Shown here: positions 45,143-53,486 of the stretch, one piece after another
Position numbering within the stretch: position 1 is the first letter of the stretch
Layout: each line of letters opens with the position of its first letter
Source of the DNA: Alphaproteobacteria bacterium
GTDB taxonomy: Archaea; Nanobdellota; Nanobdellia; Woesearchaeales; UBA9642
NCBI GenBank assembly: GCA_035626895.1
Contig: DASPMU010000060.1
Location: 1-60,860, forward strand
Length of the DNA: 60,860 nucleotides
Direction of reading: 5' to 3'
Notes under the pieces: model-generated
What the model was told of the DNA's origin: nothing
Database searches by the model: none
Seen by the model: the letters and a program-made list of their open reading frames with translations, nothing else
Program-made: the position numbers and the translations under genes

Positions 45143-46057
45143 ATGGCAAAAGAATTCAATTTAGACAATTACGAAATTATAGATTATAGTACTTTCAAGT
45201 ACAAAGATGAATCGAAGAAAGGAGCAAATATCAGAGATAAATTATTGCAGTTCCCTAATGGGCAAAAATATCTTGATATTTGGAATGAGTCATATAATTT
45301 CAGGGGCCAGAGAAGAGATCCAGAGCAAGAAGAGCAAGTTACAAGATTTGCAATGGAACTTCTAAAATACGAAGAAGGAAATCCTGATGTAGTAATACCG
45401 GCAGCAATGCTTCACGATACCGGATTTTATTTTGAAAAAGATAAAAATGCATGGAAAGCAAATGTAAATGCCGGCGGAGCAACCGAAGGAGAAGCAAAAA
45501 GAAGGCCTCACCAGAACAGAGGAATACTTCTAGCAACTCAAATCTTGACAAAGACAGGATATCCTGAGGAATATCTCTGCGAGATAGCAGATATTATAGG
45601 AGACCATGATACAAGACTCTTATCTACAACTCCAAGCGGAGTATTAATGAGAGAAGCAGATTATTTGTGGAGAATCACATACACAGACATGAGACACTAT
45701 TTTACAGATAAAAGCATAAGATGGAATTTCGACAGGATGACTGGGGGATTAGTCCATGAAGATGGAGATAAGAAAGGACAGCCAATTGAAAGCATATGCT
45801 TATACAATAAAGCGCCCTTCAATTTAAGAGAAGCGGCAACTGGAATAGGACGAGTGGAACTAATCAACTCACTATATGTAAGAGCAATGCAAACATATCC
45901 TATGGAGGAACAGCAGAAGAGTCTTGATGATTTTGATGCAATTCCCGGATATAAAGAAGAGAAATTTCATGTTGCTCAATCATATGCAGGAAAAATAGAA
46001 GCGTTGATAGCAAAAAATAGGCCTCCATCCATAGAAAGCTACCTTAAGGATGATTAA
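45143..46057 (+). CDS. HD-domain metal-dependent phosphohydrolase
   Basis: IPAAMLHDTGF (H..HD) and IADIIGDHD motifs. Same transcription unit as the HIT-like gene by spacing (26 nt). Confidence 0.55.
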   Translation: MAKEFNLDNYEIIDYSTFKYKDESKKGANIRDKLLQFPNGQKYLDIWNESYNFRGQRRDPEQEEQVTRFAMELLKYEEGNPDVVIPAAMLHDTGFYFEKDKNAWKANVNAGGATEGEAKRRPHQNRGILLATQILTKTGYPEEYLCEIADIIGDHDTRLLSTTPSGVLMREADYLWRITYTDMRHYFTDKSIRWNFDRMTGGLVHEDGDKKGQPIESICLYNKAPFNLREAATGIGRVELINSLYVRAMQTYPMEEQQKSLDDFDAIPGYKEEKFHVAQSYAGKIEALIAKNRPPSIESYLKDD

Positions 46058-46133
46058 TTTTTCTTAATTAATTTATTTTTGCAATTCTTTTATTTTGATA
46101 ATCTTTATAAAAGAATCCTATCGTCTTCTTATC

Positions 46134-46841
46134 ATGGCAAGCCAAGTTAAGAATACAAGCATGACCATCATGGTTCCTGCATATAATGAAGAGAAACATA
46201 TTGAGAAAGTAACGTTAAAGCTTCTAAAATCTCTAAAGAAATATTTCAAGAGATACGAAATTATAATTTTTGATGATTGCAGCAAGGACAAGACTTACGA
46301 AATAACTGAAAGGCTTGCAAAAAAATATAAGGAAGTCCGGGTAGTTCATAATAATCCTAACAAGGGAATCGGATACAACTATAAGCAGGGAATAAAGCTT
46401 GCAAAAACTGAATACTTCATGTATTTCCCTGGCGACGGATCAAAAGAGCCGGTTGAGCATGTGTTAAAAGAAGTTGGAAGGGCTGATGTCTTAATTCCTT
46501 ACATCGATAATCAAAATGAAAGATCCATTCTTCGAAGAACAATATCAGAATCATACACCGGCTTCATAAATCTATTATTCGGCCTGAAAGTCAAATATTA
46601 CAATGGATTTGTTGTAAGCAAGTTAAAATACACAAAGAAACTTCATCTAGTGACTGATAGTTTTTCCCTGCAGACAGAGGTCGTAGTTAAATTACTAAAG
46701 AAAGGTTCAACATATTATCACATCCCCTATAAGGCTGTTCCTCAGGCAAAGACAGGAATATTCAAATGGAGAAACATCAAGGGAGTAATAAAGTCTATTG
46801 CATTATTGTTCTGGAATGTACGGATAAAAAAGAAATATTGA
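46134..46841 (+). CDS. GT2 glycosyltransferase, polyprenol-phosphate sugar synthase type (DPM1/ArnC-like), paralogue of 20208..20954
   Basis: MTIMVPAYNEEKHIE...IIFDDCSKDKTYEI...YFPGDGS. The ATG at 46134 is preferred over the listed TTG at 46095. Confidence 0.7.
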   Translation: MASQVKNTSMTIMVPAYNEEKHIEKVTLKLLKSLKKYFKRYEIIIFDDCSKDKTYEITERLAKKYKEVRVVHNNPNKGIGYNYKQGIKLAKTEYFMYFPGDGSKEPVEHVLKEVGRADVLIPYIDNQNERSILRRTISESYTGFINLLFGLKVKYYNGFVVSKLKYTKKLHLVTDSFSLQTEVVVKLLKKGSTYYHIPYKAVPQAKTGIFKWRNIKGVIKSIALLFWNVRIKKKY

Positions 46842-46842
46842 C

Positions 46843-47838
46843 TTATTTTTCTTCGATTTTTCCATCAATGGACAAATTTGCTGGTTCGCTATTCTTCGGG
46901 CTATTTATATAATGTCCCTGTTGGTATTTTCTCATTGAATCAACATGTCCTGCAAAATTTTCCATCACTTCATCCATGGAAGTGAATTTAAATTCTCCAC
47001 CCTTCTTATGGACATCTCTTAAAAATTTGGATGAATCAATATTAGTCCTAAGAGGTCTTGAAGATAAATTCAACTCCTCGAGAGTGCCCTCAATGATTGG
47101 AACATCATTTCGCTTCATGTGATGCAAGAATTTTCTCGCAAGTTCAGCCCTATAAATTGGCTGATTATTCGATAAGTTATATATTCCTGACAAATCAAGC
47201 TTGCATCCAATTGCTACAGCATTAGCAACGTCCTGCACAAATATCGGGGAGAAATACTGATCCTTGATGCATTTTATTGGATCTCCTTTTTTGATGCTAT
47301 CATACCATTGGTTGAACAAATGATCTCCTTTAGGGAATTCATCGACAATCTTATCGATCCTGTATATAAGATAATCCTTTACGTTTTCCATCAGATATTT
47401 TTCAACAACTGATTTTTGCCGGGCGTATTCTGATTGTGGATTTATCTTATCAGTCTCGACATATTTTTCATGCACGCCTTCATATACGTAGCTTGTTGAT
47501 ATAAATACAGGCTTAATCTTAAGCTCTACCATGTCATTTATCAAATCTATTGTCTTATCAATATTTAATTTTTCAGCTGAAGAATCCTGGACTTGCTCCA
47601 TCTGCCTGATTGCTGCTGCGATTATGCCGTAGAATTTATTTCCATGTTCCATTATTTCCTGATGGTCCCAGAAATATTTGCCGAATTTTTCCTTGAAAGA
47701 ATCTTTTGACATATCATATTTCATTAATGCAGAGTCTTTTCCAGAATTCTGCGTTCCTATGACATCTGACTCTCGGCTTATTGCCTTCATGATGTTTCTT
47801 CCAACAAAACCTGATGCTCCTATTACGATTGTTCTCAT
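46843..47838 (-). CDS. NAD(P)-dependent sugar reductase/epimerase (RmlD-like extended SDR)
   Basis: MRTIVIGASGFVGRNI Rossmann motif and SEYARQK (YxxxK). Confidence 0.55.
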   Translation of the reverse strand: MRTIVIGASGFVGRNIMKAISRESDVIGTQNSGKDSALMKYDMSKDSFKEKFGKYFWDHQEIMEHGNKFYGIIAAAIRQMEQVQDSSAEKLNIDKTIDLINDMVELKIKPVFISTSYVYEGVHEKYVETDKINPQSEYARQKSVVEKYLMENVKDYLIYRIDKIVDEFPKGDHLFNQWYDSIKKGDPIKCIKDQYFSPIFVQDVANAVAIGCKLDLSGIYNLSNNQPIYRAELARKFLHHMKRNDVPIIEGTLEELNLSSRPLRTNIDSSKFLRDVHKKGGEFKFTSMDEVMENFAGHVDSMRKYQQGHYINSPKNSEPANLSIDGKIEEK

Positions 47839-47890
47839 GTTAATTCACCAAACATATGATTTAATATTCAATATGATTATTATTTTAATA

Positions 47891-48646
47891 TTATTTATTC
47901 AATATCTTTCTCATCATCAGGCTTTCCTGATTTATCAAGCTTATCCCGCCGTCAAGAACTATCTGAGATCCTGTGACAAGATATGACTTCTCATTGCAGA
48001 AGAATTCAACTACATTTGCAATATCATCAGTATTAGTCATTCTTCCAAGAGGAGCAGTTCCTTCAAGAACTTTCTTCTCTTCGCTTGCATCATAGAATGC
48101 CTTTGATTCTGGCTTGATAAACATTCCTGGAAGAACTGAATTGAATCTTATTCCAAGTGGCCCAAGAGTTACAGCATAATAATTCATTAGCGCCATTATT
48201 CCTGCTTTTCCTACAGCGTAGCTTTCAGGTTGCTGATACAATATTCCTTTCCCGCCGACAGAACTTATCGCAACTACGGATTTATCTCCATCAGCAAATA
48301 ATTTTTGCGCGATCATAGTATCGATAATTTTCTTTGTAGAATTTATTGTCACATTGAATTCATTGATTAATGAATCTTCTTTTCCCTTGAATCTTTGCGA
48401 AAATACGACATAATTTATCGGGCCGTTTTTCTTATGCACATTTGACAGTGCAAATAGTATTGACTCTGCATCAGGCTTTTCAAGATCTAATTTTTCAAAA
48501 AGGATATTTTCGCTATATCCGTCAGAATTTATATCTTCAGGGTGGCTCCTGGATAATATCGATACCTTGTATCCTTTTCCCTTGAACATTTGAGCTATTA
48601 CTTTTCCTGCTCCTTTGCTTCCGCCGACAATCAATGCATGTTTCAT
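47891..48646 (-). CDS. Classical short-chain dehydrogenase/reductase
   Basis: ALIVGGSKGAGKVIA cofactor motif and SYAVGKAG (YxxxK). Confidence 0.7.
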   Translation of the reverse strand: MKHALIVGGSKGAGKVIAQMFKGKGYKVSILSRSHPEDINSDGYSENILFEKLDLEKPDAESILFALSNVHKKNGPINYVVFSQRFKGKEDSLINEFNVTINSTKKIIDTMIAQKLFADGDKSVVAISSVGGKGILYQQPESYAVGKAGIMALMNYYAVTLGPLGIRFNSVLPGMFIKPESKAFYDASEEKKVLEGTAPLGRMTNTDDIANVVEFFCNEKSYLVTGSQIVLDGGISLINQESLMMRKILNK

Positions 48647-48682
48647 TTAATCACCTAATAATAATTTAATCATCTAATAATA

Positions 48683-50530
48683 TTATATTAGCTTGCTCTC
48701 CTTCTTTATTTTTAAAATATAGTTCCTTATCTTTGCGACGCTTTCTTCATCTTTTAAATCTTCAGGAGCCCAGTCTGCAAATGTTGCGTCTTCCTTTCTG
48801 AACGGGCCTGTTGTAGTTTCATGTATTATTGCATATTTATCACGTATTAAAACTGTATGGAAAATATCTCCATTGAGCCTGTAATATGTGTTGCCATTCT
48901 TTGCATTCAGGCTTACGACTTCCTTGATAGTTCCATCGTCATTGAATAAAACAATATCAAGCGCTCCTTCAATTACGTGATAAGATTCTGCCTTTACAGC
49001 TCCGCTCGGAGAGCCATGCTTGTGAGGCCTGACGTATCCATTTGAATCAAGAAGAATTATCATCTCATGAAGCAAATCATTTGAAGACATATGTCCGCAT
49101 ACCCTTATTCTTTTATTGACTGTAAGTCCGACTCGTGATCTTAAAAAATCAAGATGCTGTTTATAATATTTGACTATCTGTGTTCCGTCAATAGGGTAAA
49201 ACACTTCATCATTATATCTCTTCAAATTCAATGCTTCAAGTTCATAATATGCAGGCATCGGATTTTGGCTGTTCAAAAATATTGAATAGAATTTTCCTCC
49301 AGTCTCAAGGAAGTCTTTATTGTTATCCAGGAATTTCTGTTCATTTCTCGGATTGATGCTCAAAAGAAGAGTCTTTAAAGCTTTGTCTTCCTTTATCACA
49401 GAAGATGGAACTATCTGAATATCAGTTCCTGGCATGTATAATCCTGATTTATTGGAATTATCATCAATTACATATTTGAAATTTTCCTTGACATCAAAAT
49501 AGTTTAGGAATGCTGCGCCCAAGTGTCCAGCTCCGACCAGGCCAAAAGCAAAGTTCTCAGAAGAGTCGTTTGATGAATATTTCAAAAAGCTCTTAATTCT
49601 TTTCTTGATTATATCAAATGATTCCCCAAATCTTGTTCCTAAAGCAATCTTATCAGTTATGTCAACAGAATATTCTTCAAGTATTTTTTCTATAACTTCA
49701 TTGTCGACATATTTTTCTGATTTTTCTTTATCTGCGTTCTTGACAAGTATCATCAAAGAATTTTCCATTGGATAATCATAATTTTTGAAAAATGCTCTTG
49801 GCATGTTGTAAATGTCAAAAGTTGCCTTCAATGTTGATTCAGTGAAATATATTGTATGCTCTTCCCATATTGAAGGATAATCAAGATTATTGAGTGATTT
49901 TTCAAAGTCAGGGACTTCAAATAAGATATACCCATCATCAGTCAAAAGCTGCTTTAAGGTATTTAAGAAATTGTCAAGATCATAGCTATGCTCGACAATA
50001 TGCCTTGCAACTATAAGATCAAATTTGCCGATGTCTGCAACTACATTCTTTATGATGTTAGGAAGATCTTTTTGTATGGATTCAATTCCTGCTTTTCCTT
50101 CTCCTAGATATTTAGAAAGATCGAGCATAGTAGTATTGTAGCCTTTCTTCTTGAATCTTTCAAGCGTTGATTCATCCTTGAAGCTTAAGCCCAAAATCCT
50201 GGAATTCCCGTCGAAAGCGCCAATCTTTAGAGTTTCTTCGACAGTATCATCAAGATGCTGCTCAGGCTCCATGTAAGTTATCCAATCAAATTCAGCCTTC
50301 AAAAATTCCATCGGGACTTTATCAGTGAGCTGTATTAAACTGCATCGAGAACATTGCCCGAGTGACAATTTGTAAAGACCGTAAGGTCCTGCAATAGTAG
50401 TATTGCTGAATTTATCTTTAAGGAATTTATTTGAAACAGGCTGCTCTCCAAAATCCACCAATACGTCAACATTCTTTGAATCGCATAAAATGCATTTCTT
50501 TATTTCCGGATGCTTGTCTTGGTTTTCCAT
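48683..50530 (-). CDS. NDP-hexose C-methyltransferase fused to a C-terminal WbuC-like cupin
   Basis: N-terminal zinc ribbon CILCDS...CSRCSLIQ. Methyltransferase core FDLIVARHIVEHS. C-methyltransferase C-domain FGLVGAGHLGAAFLNYF. The last ~150 aa, RPHKHGSPSGAVKAESYHVIEGALDIVLFNDDG...FHTVLIRDKYAIIHETTTGPF, is cupin-like. Confidence 0.65.
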   Translation of the reverse strand: MENQDKHPEIKKCILCDSKNVDVLVDFGEQPVSNKFLKDKFSNTTIAGPYGLYKLSLGQCSRCSLIQLTDKVPMEFLKAEFDWITYMEPEQHLDDTVEETLKIGAFDGNSRILGLSFKDESTLERFKKKGYNTTMLDLSKYLGEGKAGIESIQKDLPNIIKNVVADIGKFDLIVARHIVEHSYDLDNFLNTLKQLLTDDGYILFEVPDFEKSLNNLDYPSIWEEHTIYFTESTLKATFDIYNMPRAFFKNYDYPMENSLMILVKNADKEKSEKYVDNEVIEKILEEYSVDITDKIALGTRFGESFDIIKKRIKSFLKYSSNDSSENFAFGLVGAGHLGAAFLNYFDVKENFKYVIDDNSNKSGLYMPGTDIQIVPSSVIKEDKALKTLLLSINPRNEQKFLDNNKDFLETGGKFYSIFLNSQNPMPAYYELEALNLKRYNDEVFYPIDGTQIVKYYKQHLDFLRSRVGLTVNKRIRVCGHMSSNDLLHEMIILLDSNGYVRPHKHGSPSGAVKAESYHVIEGALDIVLFNDDGTIKEVVSLNAKNGNTYYRLNGDIFHTVLIRDKYAIIHETTTGPFRKEDATFADWAPEDLKDEESVAKIRNYILKIKKESKLI

Positions 50531-50552
50531 TTTGTGAAGTAATGCTTACTCT

Positions 50553-51602
50553 TTACTCCTTGTGCTGATATTCTAATGGCTCGTTTTGGATTATATCCCA
50601 GTCTCTATCGATCCATGCGATCATGCCATCGATTCCTTCATCAAGCTCGATTGTCGGAGCCCAATTGAAGTCTTTCTTTGCCTTTGCTGAATCTAAGATA
50701 TATGCCATGTCAAGACCAGGCCTTGTTCCTACAACATCAACTGCATCGTCGTAGTTCTTGCCCATGCGCTCAGCGATTTTTCTTACAATATCCCTAACTG
50801 AAATTAATTTATCAGTTGATAGATGATAAGTCTCGCCGATTTTTGCCTTTTCCATGACGTCAAGTGTCCCTTGGCAGACGTCTCTTATGTGTATGAATGA
50901 TCTTTCTGCAAATCCTCCGCCGTGTAGAGGGATCTTTATTCCTTTCTTCATGTAAATTATTGCTCTTGGGATTATCCTGAATAATTGCTGCCCGTCTCCG
51001 TAGACGTTTGCTGCCCTTGTGAAAACTGCCGGGAAACCATACTGCTTGATTAATAATTTCAAGAAGACATCTCCTGCCTCTCTTGACGCAGCGTAAGGAC
51101 TGCTAGGATTGAATGGAGCATTCTCAGTAACTGAACCTGAGCAGCTTCCATAAACTTCAGGAGTTGATATGTGAACATATTTTTCCATGAAAATTTCTTT
51201 GTCCTTGACTCGCATGTTATTTAATCCTTCAAGAAGCGCAACAGTTGAGAGGACATTGGTTTTGTACCAATGAAGAGGGAATTGCCAGCTTTCTCCTACC
51301 ATGCTCTGTGAAGCAAAATTTACGACGTATTTCGCCTTATTATCTCTAATAATTTGGAGCATTGCATCAAGATCCTTGTTCAAGTCAAGCTGATGGAACT
51401 CAAAGCTTCCAATGTTAGGATTTCTCTTGTAAGGAAGATAGATATCTTTCTTTGCAGATCTGCTCATTCCAATGACATGATATTTTCCAGTCTCCAAGAG
51501 GAAATCAACATAACTTGCCCCGCTAAATGAATTGCATCCTATTACAACAACAATTTCTTTTTTTCCGCCAGTTTTATTTTCATTATTTGCATTTGTCATC
51601 AA
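50553..51602 (-). CDS. NDP-hexose 4,6-dehydratase-like extended SDR (RfbB-like)
   Basis: VVVIGCNSFSGASYVDFLL Rossmann motif and HISTPEVYG. The active-site stretch SSPYAASREAGD has Arg where YxxxK has Lys. Confidence 0.6.
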   Translation of the reverse strand: MMTNANNENKTGGKKEIVVVIGCNSFSGASYVDFLLETGKYHVIGMSRSAKKDIYLPYKRNPNIGSFEFHQLDLNKDLDAMLQIIRDNKAKYVVNFASQSMVGESWQFPLHWYKTNVLSTVALLEGLNNMRVKDKEIFMEKYVHISTPEVYGSCSGSVTENAPFNPSSPYAASREAGDVFLKLLIKQYGFPAVFTRAANVYGDGQQLFRIIPRAIIYMKKGIKIPLHGGGFAERSFIHIRDVCQGTLDVMEKAKIGETYHLSTDKLISVRDIVRKIAERMGKNYDDAVDVVGTRPGLDMAYILDSAKAKKDFNWAPTIELDEGIDGMIAWIDRDWDIIQNEPLEYQHKE

Positions 51603-51638
51603 ATCACCTTATTAACATTATTCATAATCATTCGTAAT

Positions 51639-52676
51639 TTAATCATTCATCTTTATAGCCACACGAACAGCGTCGCCAGATCTCACCATTTCAAGTGCTT
51701 CATTTATTTGGTCAAGCGTGAAAGTGTGAGTTATCATCTTGTCAATGTTCAATCTTCCTGCTTTATGCAATCCGATTAATTTTGGAATATCGATAGAAGG
51801 CTCGCTGTCTCCGCCGTGTGATCCAGTGAGTTTCTTTCCGAAATGAAGAGGCATTGTGTCAATGCTTATTTTGTCTCCAACCTTTGGAACTCCTACAAGA
51901 ATTGTTCTTCCCTTGTTGTTTGTTAATTCGTATGATAATTCCATGACAGGTTTTATTCCAGTAGTGTCGATTATTACATCAAGCCCTTTAGGAACTAGTT
52001 CCTGAATCATCTTCTTTGCATCTTCGTTCTTTGAATTTATGACGTGAGTTGCCCCGTATGCAATCGCATTCTTCAATTTGAAATCATTTATGTCAACAGC
52101 AATTATAGGGTTTGCTCCTGCAAGATGCGCTGCTGCAATTGTTGCAATGCCGACGCCGCCAGCACCAAATATTACAACCGATTCTCCTGATTTTAACTCC
52201 GCATCGTTATGTACAACGCCATAAGCTGTAGTTAAAGCGCATCCATAAAGCGTTGCTGTTTTTAAGTCGACATCTTTTGATATTGGAGTGACCCTGTTTT
52301 CAGAAACTATTGCATATTCATTAAATGTAGTGACCCATCCTGCATTGACTTGCTTTCCATTCCAATTGTATTTTGGAGTTGAAGAGGTTATTCCAGCTCC
52401 AGGCCTCCAGTGCAAGACTACATGATCTCCAGGCTTTACAACCGTAACTCCTGATCCGACTTTCTCGACGATACCGCCGCCTTCATGTCCTAGAAGATGA
52501 GGAAGATATTTGTCAGGGCCTTTTACTCCTGAAATTTCTCCAAGCTGAGATCCGCATATGCCGCTGTATTTTATCTTTACAAGTACCTGACCGTATTCCA
52601 AGTGGTCTGGAAGTTCTATAGTATCTACAATTAATGGTTTGTTTAATTCTGTTAATATTGCAGCTTTTGATTTCAT
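51639..52676 (-). CDS. Zinc-dependent medium-chain alcohol dehydrogenase
   Basis: CGICGSQ, GHEGGGIVEKVGSGVTVVKPGDHV, and NAD motif VVIFGAGGVG. Confidence 0.75.
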   Translation of the reverse strand: MKSKAAILTELNKPLIVDTIELPDHLEYGQVLVKIKYSGICGSQLGEISGVKGPDKYLPHLLGHEGGGIVEKVGSGVTVVKPGDHVVLHWRPGAGITSSTPKYNWNGKQVNAGWVTTFNEYAIVSENRVTPISKDVDLKTATLYGCALTTAYGVVHNDAELKSGESVVIFGAGGVGIATIAAAHLAGANPIIAVDINDFKLKNAIAYGATHVINSKNEDAKKMIQELVPKGLDVIIDTTGIKPVMELSYELTNNKGRTILVGVPKVGDKISIDTMPLHFGKKLTGSHGGDSEPSIDIPKLIGLHKAGRLNIDKMITHTFTLDQINEALEMVRSGDAVRVAIKMND

Positions 52677-52737
52677 TTTAATTTTATCTCCTTGTTCATT
52701 AAATTAAATTTTATTGCTGTTAAACATTTATAATCAT

Positions 52738-53403
52738 TTATTCAAAATATATAAATTCATAATCTCCCGTGTAGCCGAATTCTTTGAATAAAAATACCCA
52801 TTCTTCCGGCGTGAAGAATGCTTTTGCAGTAAGGGCCCAGCATTGCAGGTTAAAGAGCTCGGCTTCATTCCTGTAGCCTTCAACGACGATATATTTGTGC
52901 TTTCCTACTCTTTCAATTTCCTGCAGGGCTTTTTTTAGATTGAATACTTCAAGATTGTGAAGAGTTGTCAATGAAATTACTAAATCAAATTCCTTGTCTT
53001 TGAAAGGGTATTTGTCTTCAGCCTTGTGAATGAATAATTTATCTTTGATTTCTTCTTTAGCATTATCAAGAGCGTATTGAGAAATATCAAAGCCGTGGAT
53101 TTCAATTTCTGGCAATAATTGTTTTATCTCGTATAATAAGAATCCTTTTCCGCATCCGACATCGAGAATTTTTGATTCGTTAGTCAGATTATATTGCTCT
53201 ATCAGGGCTTTTGCAACAGGCTCCATTCTTCCAGGCATGTATCTAAAGCCGCCGTAGCCGTATTTTCGATCGCCGTCCCAGTATTCCTGGCCGTACTTGC
53301 GAGCTATCTTCATGCACTCAATCTTATCATTATTCATCCTGCCTATATAATCGCGTTTAGTTCCCTGATGAACGGCAGTTATTATCTTTAGTAAATGTCC
53401 CAT
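52738..53403 (-). CDS. Class I SAM-dependent methyltransferase
   Basis: ILDVGCGKGFLLYEI SAM motif and FDLVISLTTLHNL. Confidence 0.75.
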   Translation of the reverse strand: MGHLLKIITAVHQGTKRDYIGRMNNDKIECMKIARKYGQEYWDGDRKYGYGGFRYMPGRMEPVAKALIEQYNLTNESKILDVGCGKGFLLYEIKQLLPEIEIHGFDISQYALDNAKEEIKDKLFIHKAEDKYPFKDKEFDLVISLTTLHNLEVFNLKKALQEIERVGKHKYIVVEGYRNEAELFNLQCWALTAKAFFTPEEWVFLFKEFGYTGDYEFIYFE

Positions 53404-53444
53404 TTTTCCCCCAAAATAAGCATAATTCCGAGAACAAATCTCGG

Positions 53445-53453
53445 TTTATAAAT
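53445..53453 (-). promoter_or_regulatory. TATA-like box TTTATAAAT upstream of the minus-strand gene starting at 53403
   Basis: About 46 nt upstream of the start. The CCGAGA-ACAAA-TCTCGG hairpin (53428-53444) and a GGGGG SD-like run (complement of 53408-53412) lie between them. Confidence 0.35.
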
Positions 53454-53486
53454 TATATTAAAAATCCATTATTTTGTATTATCTTG

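Noticed and set aside
53428-53444. Hairpin CCGAGA-ACAAA-TCTCGG as a terminator for 53487..55325
   Set aside because: On the minus strand it lies downstream of the TATA-like box for the next gene and is not followed by a T-run. It could be a 5' leader structure, but there is too little evidence to call it a feature.
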